Positions 9,097 to 16,788 of a stretch of 54,028 nucleotides of DNA are shown in pieces. The notes under the pieces are model-generated. The model saw only the letters and a list, made by a program, of their open reading frames with translations, was not told where the DNA came from and did no database searches. Location: positions 1 to 54,028 of IMG/VR virus record IMGVR_UViG_3300006754_000024; one strand, 5' to 3'. A program made the position numbers and the translations under genes. This DNA comes from a virus (lineage: Duplodnaviria > Caudoviricetes). Positions within the stretch are counted from its first letter, which is position 1. Each line of letters begins with the position of its first letter.

Positions 9097-10693
9097 GTCT
9101 GATCTTCCTTATGTTTGAGCAAGCGATAGCATAACCCAGTCGGGCCGACGCTTCCCCCATTGTGGCCTGGTCATCCATTGGCACCTTCCAACGCTCGCAC
9201 GCCTCGATGAGCTTCTTGCTGGCCGGGCGGCGCTTCCACGCAGCATCGGCTCGAGAGAGCACGTTATTGCCGAGCTGCTCCACGATCTTTTCTTCGGTAG
9301 AGCGGGCCACGGTAATGAAGGATCCTCTCGATACAGCCAGGTCGTACTTTCGATCACCCTTGTCCTTCAGAACCAAAGCCAGCCACTCTCCGGCAAGAGA
9401 GCTCGGATCAACTGGACGAAGGACGGCGCACACGGATCCCCAGGATGCGAACCATTCATTACCGAACTCGGACCATCCGGCCGACAGCTTCGACTCTCCG
9501 AGAATGTTCACATGGAAAGCCCGCAGCCCTTCTCCCTTCGGCCGGATCTGCACCTGGCGGACCTGGGGGTTTCCCTCTCCTCCAGCTGGAGCGGCGGCCT
9601 GGCGCTCTTGCTCTCTGCTTAGGTCCGCGAACCCGATGAGTCGGTGGGAGGAACTGTTGAATGTGAAGTCGAGCACTTTCCCGCAGGTCTTACCCGGATT
9701 CAGGCGCGTAACGCGCCCCACCTGTTGCACATACACGACTTGGGACATTGTGGGCCGCACGAGAAGAACGGCTCCGAGCTCGGGACAATCCCATCCCTCG
9801 GTGAGAACCATGCAGTTCGTGAGAACGTCGAGCTCCCCCTTTCGGAACCTGGCGAGCGTGGCTTTCCGTGATTCGGTTCCCATCGCTCCCCAGATGGCCG
9901 CAGCTCGAACTCCGTCGGAACGGAACTGCTGCGCCAAGGACTGCGCATGCAGAACGTCGACGCAGAATGCTACCGCTTTGTCTTTCCCGCAGTATTTTCG
10001 ATAGGCCTGAGAGACGAGTCGATTGCAGTCGGCAGTGTTCACGACTGCGCCGAGTTGTCCTTGGTGGAGCTCGCCGCGATTGCGTTCGACATCGTCGAGG
10101 TCGATCCCGGTCTTGATCGCGTAGGCATCGAGCGGGGAAAGGAACCCGTCCTCTACCGCTTTCACAATCGAATAGGAGAAAGCTACCTTCTGAAACACCC
10201 CACCGAGTCCTCTCTGGTCGCCTCTGTACGGTGTGGCCGTCACTCCGAGCACCTTGCAGTCGGTCCTCTGTTCGGCCGCCCACTTGAGCACCTGGCCGTA
10301 AGTGTTCTCGGCCTGGGCGTGGTGGGCTTCGTCGATCACCACAAAGTCAAACGGGACAGGGATCTGCTCCCGTCGTTTTCGGTGGAGGCTCTGGACGCTG
10401 GCCACCACCAGGCGGCTCTGCCATTCGTTTCGAGATCCCTGCACCACCCCAGGCTCGATTCCGGGGTCGATGCTCCTCCACTTTTCGCATGCTTGCTCGA
10501 TGAGTTCGTCTCGATGAGCGAGTACCAGGCCTCGAGCTCGAGGCTCTGTTCTGAGGATCCGGGAAAGCAAAGATCCGAACAATACCGTTTTGCCTGTTCC
10601 GGTGGGCATCGAAACGAGCACCCTGTCGGACTTCTTCCAGCTTTCCAATACGGCCGCTATTCCTTCCTCTTGGTAGGGTCTGAGGTCCATCAT
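9086..10693 (-). CDS. Superfamily 2 DEAH helicase (Irc3/ResIII-like)
   Basis: LRPYQ, MPTGTGKT, DEAHH, TATP, LTEGWD, QQVGRVTR. Confidence 0.95.
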   Translation of the reverse strand: MMDLRPYQEEGIAAVLESWKKSDRVLVSMPTGTGKTVLFGSLLSRILRTEPRARGLVLAHRDELIEQACEKWRSIDPGIEPGVVQGSRNEWQSRLVVASVQSLHRKRREQIPVPFDFVVIDEAHHAQAENTYGQVLKWAAEQRTDCKVLGVTATPYRGDQRGLGGVFQKVAFSYSIVKAVEDGFLSPLDAYAIKTGIDLDDVERNRGELHQGQLGAVVNTADCNRLVSQAYRKYCGKDKAVAFCVDVLHAQSLAQQFRSDGVRAAAIWGAMGTESRKATLARFRKGELDVLTNCMVLTEGWDCPELGAVLLVRPTMSQVVYVQQVGRVTRLNPGKTCGKVLDFTFNSSSHRLIGFADLSREQERQAAAPAGGEGNPQVRQVQIRPKGEGLRAFHVNILGESKLSAGWSEFGNEWFASWGSVCAVLRPVDPSSLAGEWLALVLKDKGDRKYDLAVSRGSFITVARSTEEKIVEQLGNNVLSRADAAWKRRPASKKLIEACERWKVPMDDQATMGEASARLGYAIACSNIRKIRRGN

Positions 10694-10872
10694 TCGCCTT
10701 CCTTCGCGTTGCTGCTCTCTTCGAGGTCTTCCTCGTCCTCGTAGATCACGCCGTCAACTCGCACGCGCCAGTCCCTTCTCTCGTCGGGCTCGTCGATGTC
10801 GTGGTGATAGTGCTGTCGATGCACCGTGTCCGTGATCCACAGCTTGCAGTATGGGCAGAAGAATTCCATCAC
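10690..10872 (-). CDS. Small hypothetical protein (CxxC/His)
   Basis: 60 aa; coupled to both neighbours. Confidence 0.5.
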   Translation of the reverse strand: MMEFFCPYCKLWITDTVHRQHYHHDIDEPDERRDWRVRVDGVIYEDEEDLEESSNAKEGE

Positions 10873-11103
10873 TCACCTTCCTTTGCTTGTCAGTAGCTTG
10901 AGGTATGTCTTCACTTTTCGGGCCTCTTCTCTTTCCCGCTTCTTTCGCTCCAAAGAAGGCGCGGCTCGCTCCGTGAGTTTCCCGGTTTTCTTCGTGCAGG
11001 GGAGACAGTAGCGAACGGCGTCGTTTCGTCGGGGCCGAATGGAGCCGTTAGCTCCCTTGCAGCAAAGAGGGCACACCCACCGGACCCGTTTCTTCTTGGA
11101 CAT
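10873..11103 (-). CDS. Basic zinc-ribbon protein
   Basis: AAGGAG RBS before ATG 11103; CPLC...CLPC. Confidence 0.65.
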   Translation of the reverse strand: MSKKKRVRWVCPLCCKGANGSIRPRRNDAVRYCLPCTKKTGKLTERAAPSLERKKREREEARKVKTYLKLLTSKGR

Positions 11104-11267
11104 ATTTGCTCCTTTGTGCGCACCTTGGCGCTGTCGGGAGCGTAGCACGACCAGCACACGCATTCAACCGAGCTCGAATGCCACAGAGCAGAACAGGGAC
11201 ATTTTCTGTCCTCGCAATAGCGAACTGTCCGTGGTACACCCGTAAGACAACCGGAAAGGAGGACACC
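11104..11267. promoter_or_regulatory. Divergent promoter region
   Basis: Non-coding gap between divergent operons; contains inverted repeat GGACA-N5-TGTCC and CGTGGTACACC (11230-11240). Confidence 0.55.
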
Positions 11268-12272
11268 GTGAAAGTTGTTTTAACCCACACCATGCGGACC
11301 CGAATGTTTACCTGCGAGCGAAAGGCGCTCCTGGGCGGACTGATGGGGTTTCGCGAAACTAAGCGAAAACCCGCGTTTCGGCTCGGAACGAATTTCGATC
11401 GGCTCTCGGGACGTACTGCGTCGCTCCAAGAAGTCGCAGGCGAATACTTCGACCTGGTCGACGCCGCCGTCGAAGAGCAGGATCGCGACGAGCTCCTGCG
11501 AGAATTCCGGGTGGTGGAGGCCTTGGCTCAGCTCTACGACGAGGTTTTCCCACCAGGAAAAGAAGAGCGCAGCAATCTGAAGTTTCGCCATCCGATCCTT
11601 TCCCCGTCGGGGAGAGCGCACCCGCGAATCGAAGCAGGTGGAGAGCTCGACGGCTTCAGCGAGGAAGACGGAGGCACGCTCATCGAGCGGAAGACCACCG
11701 GCCTAACGCTCGATCAGAGAGGACGTTTCCTGGGAACCGACAACCAGCTAAAGGCATACGTTTTCGGAGCCAAGGAGGGCCTCGGCCTGGTGGCTTCGCG
11801 GATCTCTTATCGGATAGCCCGCAAACCTCGTCTGAGGCAGAAAAAGAACGAGAGCTCTTCGGAATTCTCGGAAAGAGTGGTCGAGTCGATCGCGAGCTCT
11901 CCGACGGAATACATGGGGGAAGCGCGGCTCCCTACGGACTGGCGCCAGACCCAAGGGTTTCGGCTGCACCTTTGGGAATCGGCTCGGCGATTCAACGACC
12001 TGCTGATGCGAGCTCGCAAAGTCACCAGGCCATTATCTCTCTCCGGTTCGGATCTGCTCGAGAGCTTTCGCTCGGAGGGGCTGTGGAACGAGGTGCAGGA
12101 AGACAGCGGCACCCGCGACAAGCTCATCGAGCTCTACCCCTGTAACTCTTCCGCTTGCAGCGACTACGGCGGCTGTGAGTTCTTCGATTTCTGTTCCACG
12201 AGCGACACTTCCTTCCTTTCGTCTCGCTTTTCCCGTTCCCGTTTCCTCAATCCGGAGCTCCAAAATGCTTAA
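11268..12272 (+). CDS. PD-(D/E)XK exonuclease (Cas4/AddB-like, probable Fe-S cluster)
   Basis: AAGGAGG RBS with GTG 11268; GELDG...IERKT, QLKAY; one N-terminal Cys plus C-terminal C..C..C. Confidence 0.85.
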   Translation: MKVVLTHTMRTRMFTCERKALLGGLMGFRETKRKPAFRLGTNFDRLSGRTASLQEVAGEYFDLVDAAVEEQDRDELLREFRVVEALAQLYDEVFPPGKEERSNLKFRHPILSPSGRAHPRIEAGGELDGFSEEDGGTLIERKTTGLTLDQRGRFLGTDNQLKAYVFGAKEGLGLVASRISYRIARKPRLRQKKNESSSEFSERVVESIASSPTEYMGEARLPTDWRQTQGFRLHLWESARRFNDLLMRARKVTRPLSLSGSDLLESFRSEGLWNEVQEDSGTRDKLIELYPCNSSACSDYGGCEFFDFCSTSDTSFLSSRFSRSRFLNPELQNA

Positions 12273-13110
12273 ACGTCTCCCACACGCACCCAGTCCCAAC
12301 CTGCGCGACTACATCTACCTCATTTATTCCGAGCCTGGAATCGGGAAAACGACCTTCGCTGTGGAGTCCAGTGCCTTACTCCTCGACTTTGAGGCAGGGT
12401 ATCGGGCTATGGAAGTCTACGTTATCTCTTTTGTGGATTCGGAATATCCGGACAGCGAGGCTCCAGCGAAGCTCAAAAACGCCTGGGCCGGAGCCTGCTC
12501 TTGGTCTCGTTTCCTCATCTTCCTCGAGTGGGCCGCCCAGAACGGAATAGGCGGACACGAGAACCTGGTGGTCGACACTGTCGACGTGGCCTACGAGTCG
12601 TGTGTGGACTTCGTCTGCCGAAAAAACGGATGGAGCTCTCCGTCGGACGGTGGCCAATACGGAAAAGGATGGGGAATCATCAACGATGAATTTCAGGGCG
12701 CGATGCGCCGGCTCCTCGCTCTCGGAGTCGGGATCGGTTTCACGTCCCACGCAAAGGTCCGGACTGTGTCGCCCCTTGGGATGGAACCAGTCGACAAGAT
12801 TTGCCCGTCTCTTCCCCCTTCGTGCGCGAGATGGCTTGTCGGCCTGGCTGATTTCGTCCTTTTCGCTGAGGCTGGAGTAGGCCTCGACGGGGAGCCGGTA
12901 CGGGTGATCCACACTCAGCCCTCGACTCGGTTCGAGGCCAAGTCTCGAGGCAGCAAGTCCGCTCCATTACCCTCCCCGATCGACCTTGATTGGATGGCTT
13001 TTCAAGACGCATGGCACTGCTGCCTGGCGGGAGAGTATTGTGCTCCCATAACCCTTCGTCGAAACGACGAGTACGTCGCAAAAAGCGACAAAAACAACCC
13101 ATGGAAATAG
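12265..13110 (+). CDS. AAA_24/Sak4-like recombination ATPase
   Basis: YSEPGIGKTT Walker A, LLDFEAG, VVDTVD, YGKGW, FTSH; sits between the nuclease and SSB genes. Confidence 0.85.
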   Translation: MLKRLPHAPSPNLRDYIYLIYSEPGIGKTTFAVESSALLLDFEAGYRAMEVYVISFVDSEYPDSEAPAKLKNAWAGACSWSRFLIFLEWAAQNGIGGHENLVVDTVDVAYESCVDFVCRKNGWSSPSDGGQYGKGWGIINDEFQGAMRRLLALGVGIGFTSHAKVRTVSPLGMEPVDKICPSLPPSCARWLVGLADFVLFAEAGVGLDGEPVRVIHTQPSTRFEAKSRGSKSAPLPSPIDLDWMAFQDAWHCCLAGEYCAPITLRRNDEYVAKSDKNNPWK

Positions 13111-13121
13111 GAGAAATAGAC

Positions 13122-13715
13122 ATGGAATTTGACATGAACACTTTTCTCGGAGGCTTCGATAAGCAGTTCTCCGATACCCTCAAGAACGCGGATCTCGATT
13201 CCAGCGCTGGTAGCGCTGAGGTGCCACCAGGGAAGTACGCGGTCCAGATTGTCGGCATGGCCTGGAAGGAGCTCCGAGCGAAAGTACCAGACGGTTTCTC
13301 AGGAATGGGAATCAGTATGCGCCTGCGAATCCTCTCCGGAGCTTCCGGCGAAGACTCTCAGTTCGGCGGCTGGTACGAGACCCCCGTGTATTGGATCTTG
13401 CGGAAATGGCCTGCTCGAGACATCCCGGAGACTCAACTGAATACGGCCACACTCGAGCTCTTCGCTCGAATGATGAGACGCTGTGGATACGACTGTCCTG
13501 CGGAGAGCCTGGCGGAGCTCAAGGATTGGAAGAACCCAGTGGGCGACTCGATCGAGATTCAGATCAAGAAGGAGACGAAGGGAGATCGCGAATATCGAAA
13601 CATCTACCTGAATCGGGCTTCGGTGGTTAGACCTCGTTTTCCTCGCGAAACGTGGAGCCCCAATTCCGAATCGTGGAACATTCCAGCGGCCGAACTTGAA
13701 GACATTCCCTTCTAG
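13122..13715 (+). CDS. Single-stranded DNA-binding protein (DUF669-like)
   Basis: VPPGKYAVQI and acidic C-terminus EDIPF; standard exonuclease-Sak4-SSB gene order. Confidence 0.7.
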   Translation: MEFDMNTFLGGFDKQFSDTLKNADLDSSAGSAEVPPGKYAVQIVGMAWKELRAKVPDGFSGMGISMRLRILSGASGEDSQFGGWYETPVYWILRKWPARDIPETQLNTATLELFARMMRRCGYDCPAESLAELKDWKNPVGDSIEIQIKKETKGDREYRNIYLNRASVVRPRFPRETWSPNSESWNIPAAELEDIPF

Positions 13716-13732
13716 GAGTCCCGTTTCCTTTT

Positions 13733-13766
13733 CCCTCCCCCGGCTCGCGGGGGAGGGCTTTCCTTT
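13733..13766 (+). terminator. Probable intrinsic terminator
   Basis: 10-bp stem CCCTCCCCCG/CGGGGGAGGG, loop GCTCG, then CTTTCCTTT. Confidence 0.6.
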
Positions 13767-13792
13767 GGAGCTCGTTCGAGGGATACTCCCAT

Positions 13793-14074
13793 ATGCTTTT
13801 GATTGACCTCACATCCGGAATCGCCTCGAGCGATCCGGAGACTGTTCATGTGGAATGGGCGAAGGCCTATGTCGCCGCTCGAGCTCTGCATGAAACTACC
13901 GACCTTTCGGTTTGTATCGTCGTAAAGGACGATTACCACATCGAGGGGCTTGCCCTTACTTACGAAGGGAGAATTCTATGGGCGGTACCGATCGGATATC
14001 CGGAATCCGACATCCAGTGCTTGCTCGCTGATTTCTGCGACTGGATCGACTCTCTCTATCCAGCAGAAGCCTGA
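13793..14074 (+). CDS. Hypothetical protein
   Basis: 93 aa; TGATG-coupled to the recombinase gene. Confidence 0.55.
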   Translation: MLLIDLTSGIASSDPETVHVEWAKAYVAARALHETTDLSVCIVVKDDYHIEGLALTYEGRILWAVPIGYPESDIQCLLADFCDWIDSLYPAEA

Positions 14075-14868
14075 TGCAAGACTTCGCGGCCTACCTCCAG
14101 GCGGAAGGTCTTCAGCCTCGTACCGTCGAGACCTATATTCGGGTAGCGAACCGAGTCTGGGAAGGAGACCCTAAAGGCTGGCTCCAGGAACAACTGCGGG
14201 GAGCTCCGGCGGGTACAGCGTGCGTCTACAAGGCAGCTATTCGCCACTGGTGCGACTTCAACGGCCACGAGCCTTTCAAGATGCCGAGAGGAAAACGGCG
14301 GAAACGGAAGCTACGCCATCCACTGAGTGAAGACGAGCTCCGGGTTTTCTATTCGGAGCTCCTGGTCGAGCCAGACCCGGCGCGTGTCGTTCTCGAGTGC
14401 CTCCCAAGAACCGGGCTCCGAATCAGCGAGCTCTGCAACGCCACGGTGGAGAACCTCACCATGGTTCAAGGCAGGTGGGGTATAGAGGTTCACGGGAAAG
14501 GTGGGCACGAGCGCAGGGTGCCCCTGTCTCGCGGAGCTCAGTCCGCTCTCGAGCGCTACCTCGAATGCACCATCGACGAGCTCAAGGATGCAGACGGGAC
14601 CGGATGGCTTTTTCTGGGTCGCTTCGACGGACCTATAAGCACCAATTGGGTGCGCACCGTGTCGAGGCGCGTGGGAAAACGCATGGGAAGTGTTACTAAT
14701 CCCCATGTGCTTCGGCACACATGGGCCTCGAATGCTCATCGAGCTGGGGTATCATCGACGGAGATTCAGGCCGTACTCGGCCATATATCTCCCATGACAA
14801 CAGCGATATACATTCACTCGGACGCCTCCCAGATGGGGAGAGCGGTCGACCTGGCCGATTTTGATTAG
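14074..14868 (+). CDS. Tyrosine recombinase (XerC/D-like integrase or resolvase)
   Basis: TGLRISEL (R), GKGG (K), HVLRH, LGH, TTAIY (Y). Confidence 0.95.
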   Translation: MQDFAAYLQAEGLQPRTVETYIRVANRVWEGDPKGWLQEQLRGAPAGTACVYKAAIRHWCDFNGHEPFKMPRGKRRKRKLRHPLSEDELRVFYSELLVEPDPARVVLECLPRTGLRISELCNATVENLTMVQGRWGIEVHGKGGHERRVPLSRGAQSALERYLECTIDELKDADGTGWLFLGRFDGPISTNWVRTVSRRVGKRMGSVTNPHVLRHTWASNAHRAGVSSTEIQAVLGHISPMTTAIYIHSDASQMGRAVDLADFD

Positions 14869-14879
14869 GAGTAGGGACA

Positions 14880-15209
14880 ATGGCAGTAAGCGGAAATATG
14901 TTCGACGGCACCGTCGCAGTGGTGGCATCATCCGGAACCTCGGTGGAGCCCGTGCTGGAGATTCCCGACAATTGCCATACGGTAGTTATCCTCAATCCGG
15001 ATACGACAAATACTGTCCTCGTGCAGCTCGGCACAGCTGGGGGAGCAATTCCAGCTGCGAACGCGGCTGTCATTCCGCCTTCCGCGACCCTTTCTCTCGT
15101 GGTGGGAACGCTCAGCCAGCGGGCCAGCAGCGGAGCGAACCTCATTTTCGATACCAATGCCGGAGCCGTCACTGCTCAGCTCATCTATGTTAACGGGGTG
15201 AGCTCGTGA
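14880..15209 (+). CDS. Small beta-rich protein, possible virion component
   Basis: AGGAG RBS; alternating beta-strand pattern rich in V/T/A/G. Confidence 0.6.
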   Translation: MAVSGNMFDGTVAVVASSGTSVEPVLEIPDNCHTVVILNPDTTNTVLVQLGTAGGAIPAANAAVIPPSATLSLVVGTLSQRASSGANLIFDTNAGAVTAQLIYVNGVSS

Positions 15210-15916
15210 GCCTGAACCCATGGAAATACGGAAAGTCCGGGTATACGATCAAAACGGCCGGAGGGGGCGGCGGGGGAGATATCACCTGGACCGATGTTGA
15301 TCTAAGCGCGGGCACCGTCGTGCAAGATCCGGCCGCGATTGTCACTGGCGCTTCCTTCGGAACTACGAGCTCGATAACGCTTGGAGCAGGAGATCCTGGA
15401 AATATCGGAGCAGGAGTCCCGGACTGCCCTATCGTGCGTTGGCTGATTGGATCTCCTCCCGACTGGACGGCCAATGCTCAGGTTCTTCTACAAATGAAAT
15501 TTACAGGTACTCCGAACGAAAACTACAACTTCTATTTGGGGGTCTACGACGGAGTAGTGAGCACGAACACCGGGATATGGGGCGCGATGCGCTGCGATAA
15601 TGGTGCCACCCTTGGCGGTACCATGGGAACGACAGGCTCGAGCGGAAATGCTGCCGCCAATGTTTCGGCAAGTGGGGGCAATTTTTGCCTGGCCTTTGAT
15701 CTGGACGGAGATGACGCGGAGGCTCGAGGCCTCCTCAACCGATCGGTGAGTAATACGGGGCCGGCTTACGGGCGCTACGAACAAAACCTCAACGCAAACA
15801 GCTGGACCTCTACCGATATGTACGGTTTCATAGCGATCGGAGCGACCACCAATAGAGGCGGAGGGACCTTCGCTGGGATTCAGATCCGGTATGCCTTCGT
15901 TCCGGCTTTCACCTGA
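15206..15916 (+). CDS. Beta-rich putative spike/receptor-binding protein
   Basis: GTGA coupling; short N-terminus, Gly6 linker, then a G/T/N-rich beta domain. Confidence 0.55.
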   Translation: MSLNPWKYGKSGYTIKTAGGGGGGDITWTDVDLSAGTVVQDPAAIVTGASFGTTSSITLGAGDPGNIGAGVPDCPIVRWLIGSPPDWTANAQVLLQMKFTGTPNENYNFYLGVYDGVVSTNTGIWGAMRCDNGATLGGTMGTTGSSGNAAANVSASGGNFCLAFDLDGDDAEARGLLNRSVSNTGPAYGRYEQNLNANSWTSTDMYGFIAIGATTNRGGGTFAGIQIRYAFVPAFT

Positions 15917-16161
15917 TGCCTATCTTCGAGTATCGCTGTGCGCTCTGCGGCCACCGAAAGGAGCTCCTTCAAAGGTCTTTCGAGAGCTCCGCTCCGGTAT
16001 GCCCTCACTGCACCTCTATGCGAGGCGGCAAGACGCGAGTGACATCGGTAATGGTTCGGGTGATCTCTAAAGCGAGCTTCTCTCTCAAGGGGTCTGGCTG
16101 GTTTCGCGACGGATACGGACTACAGGAGAGCTCGAGCTCGAGCTCAGAGAAAGACCAGTGA
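15916..16161 (+). CDS. FmdB-family zinc-ribbon protein
   Basis: MPIFEYRC..CG...CPHC...FSLKGSGWF. Confidence 0.85.
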   Translation: MPIFEYRCALCGHRKELLQRSFESSAPVCPHCTSMRGGKTRVTSVMVRVISKASFSLKGSGWFRDGYGLQESSSSSSEKDQ

Positions 16162-16694
16162 ACATCCTGGGAATCGATCCGGGAACCAAGTCTATTGGGT
16201 ATGCGCTCGTCTCTCCTTGGGACGCTCGCGAGTTCCGCCCGACCAGGCCGATCCTGATCGGAGCTACCCGTCACACGTCCACCAATGTAGAGCGCAGGCT
16301 CGTCGCAGCCCAAAAAGCGATAGAGGAGATCCTGAAACAATGCGAAGCTCATGGGCCTTTTTCAATAGTTTACGAAGAGCCTCCCGCTCAGTGGCGCTCC
16401 AAAACAGGTGGAAGAGGACGCCAGCTGAACCAACGCGCATCGTTCATGCTGGGGCAGAGCTGCGGCATGATCCGAGCAGTGAACCAATCGAGAGGAAACC
16501 CGATTCCCAAAGCGGTTCCGGTGAGCTCGTGGAGAAAGGTGGCTCGGCAGCTGGGTGTGGTCCACCGTTCCGCGAAAACTGACACGGTGGAATGGATCCG
16601 ATCCAAATTTGAACTCGAAGTAAAACACGACGCGGGAGAGGCCTATGCGCTTGCGCTCGCCTACATCTCTTGCCCTACGATTGCACGGGGGTAG
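16158..16694 (+). CDS. ruvC: RuvC-like Holliday junction resolvase
   Basis: ILGIDPGTKSIGYA, VYEEP, HDAGEAYALA. Confidence 0.85.
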   Translation: MNILGIDPGTKSIGYALVSPWDAREFRPTRPILIGATRHTSTNVERRLVAAQKAIEEILKQCEAHGPFSIVYEEPPAQWRSKTGGRGRQLNQRASFMLGQSCGMIRAVNQSRGNPIPKAVPVSSWRKVARQLGVVHRSAKTDTVEWIRSKFELEVKHDAGEAYALALAYISCPTIARG

Positions 16695-16709
16695 CTGATC
16701 CCATATTAT
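16681..16709 (+). promoter_or_regulatory. Sigma70-like promoter upstream of the primase-helicase gene
   Basis: TTGCAC (16681-16686), 17-nt spacer, TATTAT (16704-16709). Confidence 0.55.
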
Positions 16710-16710
16710 G

Positions 16711-16749
16711 AAAACCCCCCTCCGGCCTGGAAAAGCGGAGGGGGGTTTT
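16711..16749. terminator. Perfect 14-bp hairpin (terminator or attenuator)
   Basis: AAAACCCCCCTCCG-N11-CGGAGGGGGGTTTT. Confidence 0.6.
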
Positions 16750-16788
16750 GGAATACACCACACGGAGGACAACCGACATGGCAAGACT

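Noticed and set aside
6364-10744. Long plus-strand ORFs (e.g. 6364-7314, 9162-10004, 9947-10744)
   Set aside because: Antisense shadows of well-supported minus-strand genes in high-GC DNA
11268-12272. Cas4-like nuclease as a sign of CRISPR-Cas
   Set aside because: No array or other cas genes; the exonuclease-Sak4-SSB context indicates phage recombination
12265-13110. ATPase as the genome-packaging motor
   Set aside because: Motifs and neighbours fit AAA_24/Sak4 rather than A32/FtsK or terminase
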